A stretch of DNA of 64,000 nt from assembly GCA_963829525.1 (NCBI GenBank), contig CAWHIJ010000003.1, positions 1,344,001-1,408,000 on the forward strand. The letters run 5' to 3'. The DNA comes from an uncultured Actinomycetota bacterium (GTDB lineage: Bacteria; Actinomycetota; Actinomycetes; JAHEKZ01). Of the stretch, positions 62,337-64,000 are shown piece by piece. Under the pieces are notes generated by a model, which had not been told where the DNA came from, did no database searches, and worked only from the letters and a program-made list of their open reading frames with translations. A program made the position numbers and the translations under genes. How positions within the stretch are numbered: the first letter of the stretch is position 1; each line of letters begins with the position of its first letter.

Positions 62337-62355
62337 GTTGTAGGAACCCTACAAC
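62337..62355. promoter_or_regulatory. FasR/MabR-type operator palindrome upstream of fabD
   Basis: GTTGTAGG-AAC-CCTACAAC (TTGT-N9-ACAA). Confidence 0.75.
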
Positions 62356-63533
62356 GAACGGTCGACCCGCTGGTCGAGTCGTCCCACCGTCAACGCCACC
62401 CGCAGCGTGAAGGCGTCGCGCGGCTCGGTCGGTACAAGACCGCTGACCTCGGCGATCCGCCGCAGGCGGTAGCGAACGGTGTTGGCGTGCACGAACAGAA
62501 CCCGGGATGCTGCCTCGAGCGAGGCCGACTGCTCGAGGACGGCAGCTGCGGTCTCGAGGAGTGCGCCACCGGCCTCGACGAGAGGTCGGTAGACCTGGTC
62601 GACAAGGGCTCTGCGGGCATAGACGTCGCCGTCGAGGGCGCGCTCCGGCAACAGGGCGTCGGCGGCAACGGGGCGCGGGGCGTCCGGCCAGCCCGGTGCG
62701 GCCCGCAGCCCGGCGCGGGCGGCCGCCACCGAGCGGGCAGCCGCAGTGAGGTCGTCGACGACTGGTCCGACGACGACGGGTCCGTCACCGAACTGCGCAA
62801 CAAGGGGGCCGGCGGCGCCCACTGGGTCGTCCGGGTTCGCAAGAGTGCCGCCGAGAATGCAGACGAGCTCGTGTCCGTGGACACCGGACACGACGTCGAG
62901 ACTGGAGTGTCGAGCAGCGCGGCGGAGGGCGTCGACGACCTTTGCTGCCGTCGCATCTGGTGGGATACCGGCCACCGCGAAGACGTGCGGGGAGCGAGAC
63001 CAGCCGAGGGCCGCAGCTCGGGAGAGATCGTCATCGCCGACGTCGCCCCGCATGAGGGCGTCGGCCAGCAAAGCTTCGAGCCGGGCGTCCCAGGCACCAC
63101 GAACCTCGGCAGCTTGCGCGTAGACCTCTGCTGCGGCGAACGCCACCTCGCGGGCGAAGACGAGGACCGCTTCGCGCAGCTGCGCTTCGTCACCTGGTTC
63201 AGCGAGCTCGGCGGAGTGCTCCTCGACGACCTCGATCGTGGTGCGGACGAGCTCGACGGTCTGCTGCAGGGTCACCACGCGCGCCAGCTCTTGTGGCGCG
63301 GATCCGAAGACCTCGGCGGTGATGGCCCGAGCGGCCTCCGGCCGTCGGCTCCAGGCGACGAAGGCGCCAATGCCGGCCTGGGCGACGAGGGTGATCCACG
63401 ATCGGTCGTCGGCTGACATCGTCCGGAACCACGGGAGGGTGGCCTCGACTCGGCTCATCGCCTCGCTGGCCAGGTCACCAGATGCTCGTTCGATCCTGGT
63501 GATCGTGGCGGCGCTGGCCCTCGCTGTTGGCAC
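62349..63533 (-). CDS. fasR: PucR-family fab operon activator (FasR/MabR-like)
   Basis: RGAWDARLE, LLPERAL, LFVHANTVRYRL; directly upstream of fabD; start approximate. Confidence 0.88.
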   Translation of the reverse strand: MPTARASAATITRIERASGDLASEAMSRVEATLPWFRTMSADDRSWITLVAQAGIGAFVAWSRRPEAARAITAEVFGSAPQELARVVTLQQTVELVRTTIEVVEEHSAELAEPGDEAQLREAVLVFAREVAFAAAEVYAQAAEVRGAWDARLEALLADALMRGDVGDDDLSRAAALGWSRSPHVFAVAGIPPDATAAKVVDALRRAARHSSLDVVSGVHGHELVCILGGTLANPDDPVGAAGPLVAQFGDGPVVVGPVVDDLTAAARSVAAARAGLRAAPGWPDAPRPVAADALLPERALDGDVYARRALVDQVYRPLVEAGGALLETAAAVLEQSASLEAASRVLFVHANTVRYRLRRIAEVSGLVPTEPRDAFTLRVALTVGRLDQRVDRSL

Positions 63534-63675
63534 GACGGCAGGGTAGGCGTCGGCCCGGGAGCGGAGGAGTCTGGGGTTGTTGCACCTCCACAATCGCGCC
63601 GCGGGCACTTCGGGTCGACCCGGGGGCCCACAGGATGCATTTCAGTGCCCCAGGCATGAGGATGGTGCGGTGACC

Positions 63676-64000
63676 ATGATCGATCTCAGGCCAGCCCGCG
63701 ACCGCTTCGCCACCGACTGGGGATGGCTCGACTCCAAGCACTCCTTCTCGTTCGGCCAGCACTACGACCCAGGCAACACCCACTTCGGGCTCTTGCTGGT
63801 GAGCAACGACGATGTGGTGGACGCCGGAACTGGTTTCGAGACCCACCCGCACCGCGACATGGAGATCGTCACATGGGTCCTCGAGGGGTCACTGGTCCAT
63901 CAGGACTCGACGGGGCACTCGGGCGTGATCTACCCGGGGCTGGCGCAGCGGATGAGCGCTGGCACCGGAATACTCCACTCTGAGAAGAATGATTCGTGGA
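63676..64000 (+). CDS. Pirin family protein (3' partial; absent from the ORF track)
   Basis: MIDLRPARDRF..WLDSKHSFSFG..THPHRDMEIVTWV..QRMSAGTGILHSE. Confidence 0.9.
   Translation, partial: MIDLRPARDRFATDWGWLDSKHSFSFGQHYDPGNTHFGLLLVSNDDVVDAGTGFETHPHRDMEIVTWVLEGSLVHQDSTGHSGVIYPGLAQRMSAGTGILHSEKNDSW

Noticed and set aside
1-64000. CRISPR arrays, rRNA, transposases, integrases, prophage genes
   Set aside because: No regularly spaced repeats or recognisable motifs were seen by eye.

Overview
High-GC actinobacterial chromosome segment, judged from the fasR-fabD-fabH-acpP-fabF-accD operon, DUF3145, SigF-type promoters and an L,D-transpeptidase. Many genes carry single-base frameshifts, clustered at about 33.1-34.7 kb and 42.5-47.9 kb, which look like long-read consensus errors. 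In order, the window holds: an LTD/CotH exoprotein; a 3-gene split cytochrome b6/subunit-IV-like operon with no Rieske or cytochrome c gene; a secreted double-domain cyanophycinase-like protein; an AAA ATPase plus orphan DNA methyltransferase; an amidohydrolase and potADBC polyamine uptake genes; a divergent ureAB/ureC pair without accessory genes; a tRNA(CAT) followed by a 4.3-kb islet closed by a degenerate tRNA 3' repeat; a P1B-5 ATPase-hemerythrin fusion; a K+ channel; heliorhodopsin; a carnitine/butyrobetaine catabolic cluster; an ABC-F protein; an AbiEi/DUF559-like gene beside a REP-like inverted repeat; the FAS-II operon; and a partial pirin. The best novelty candidates are the Rieske-less b6-like module and the flap-altered urease. 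All calls come from motif reading by eye; no database searches were run.
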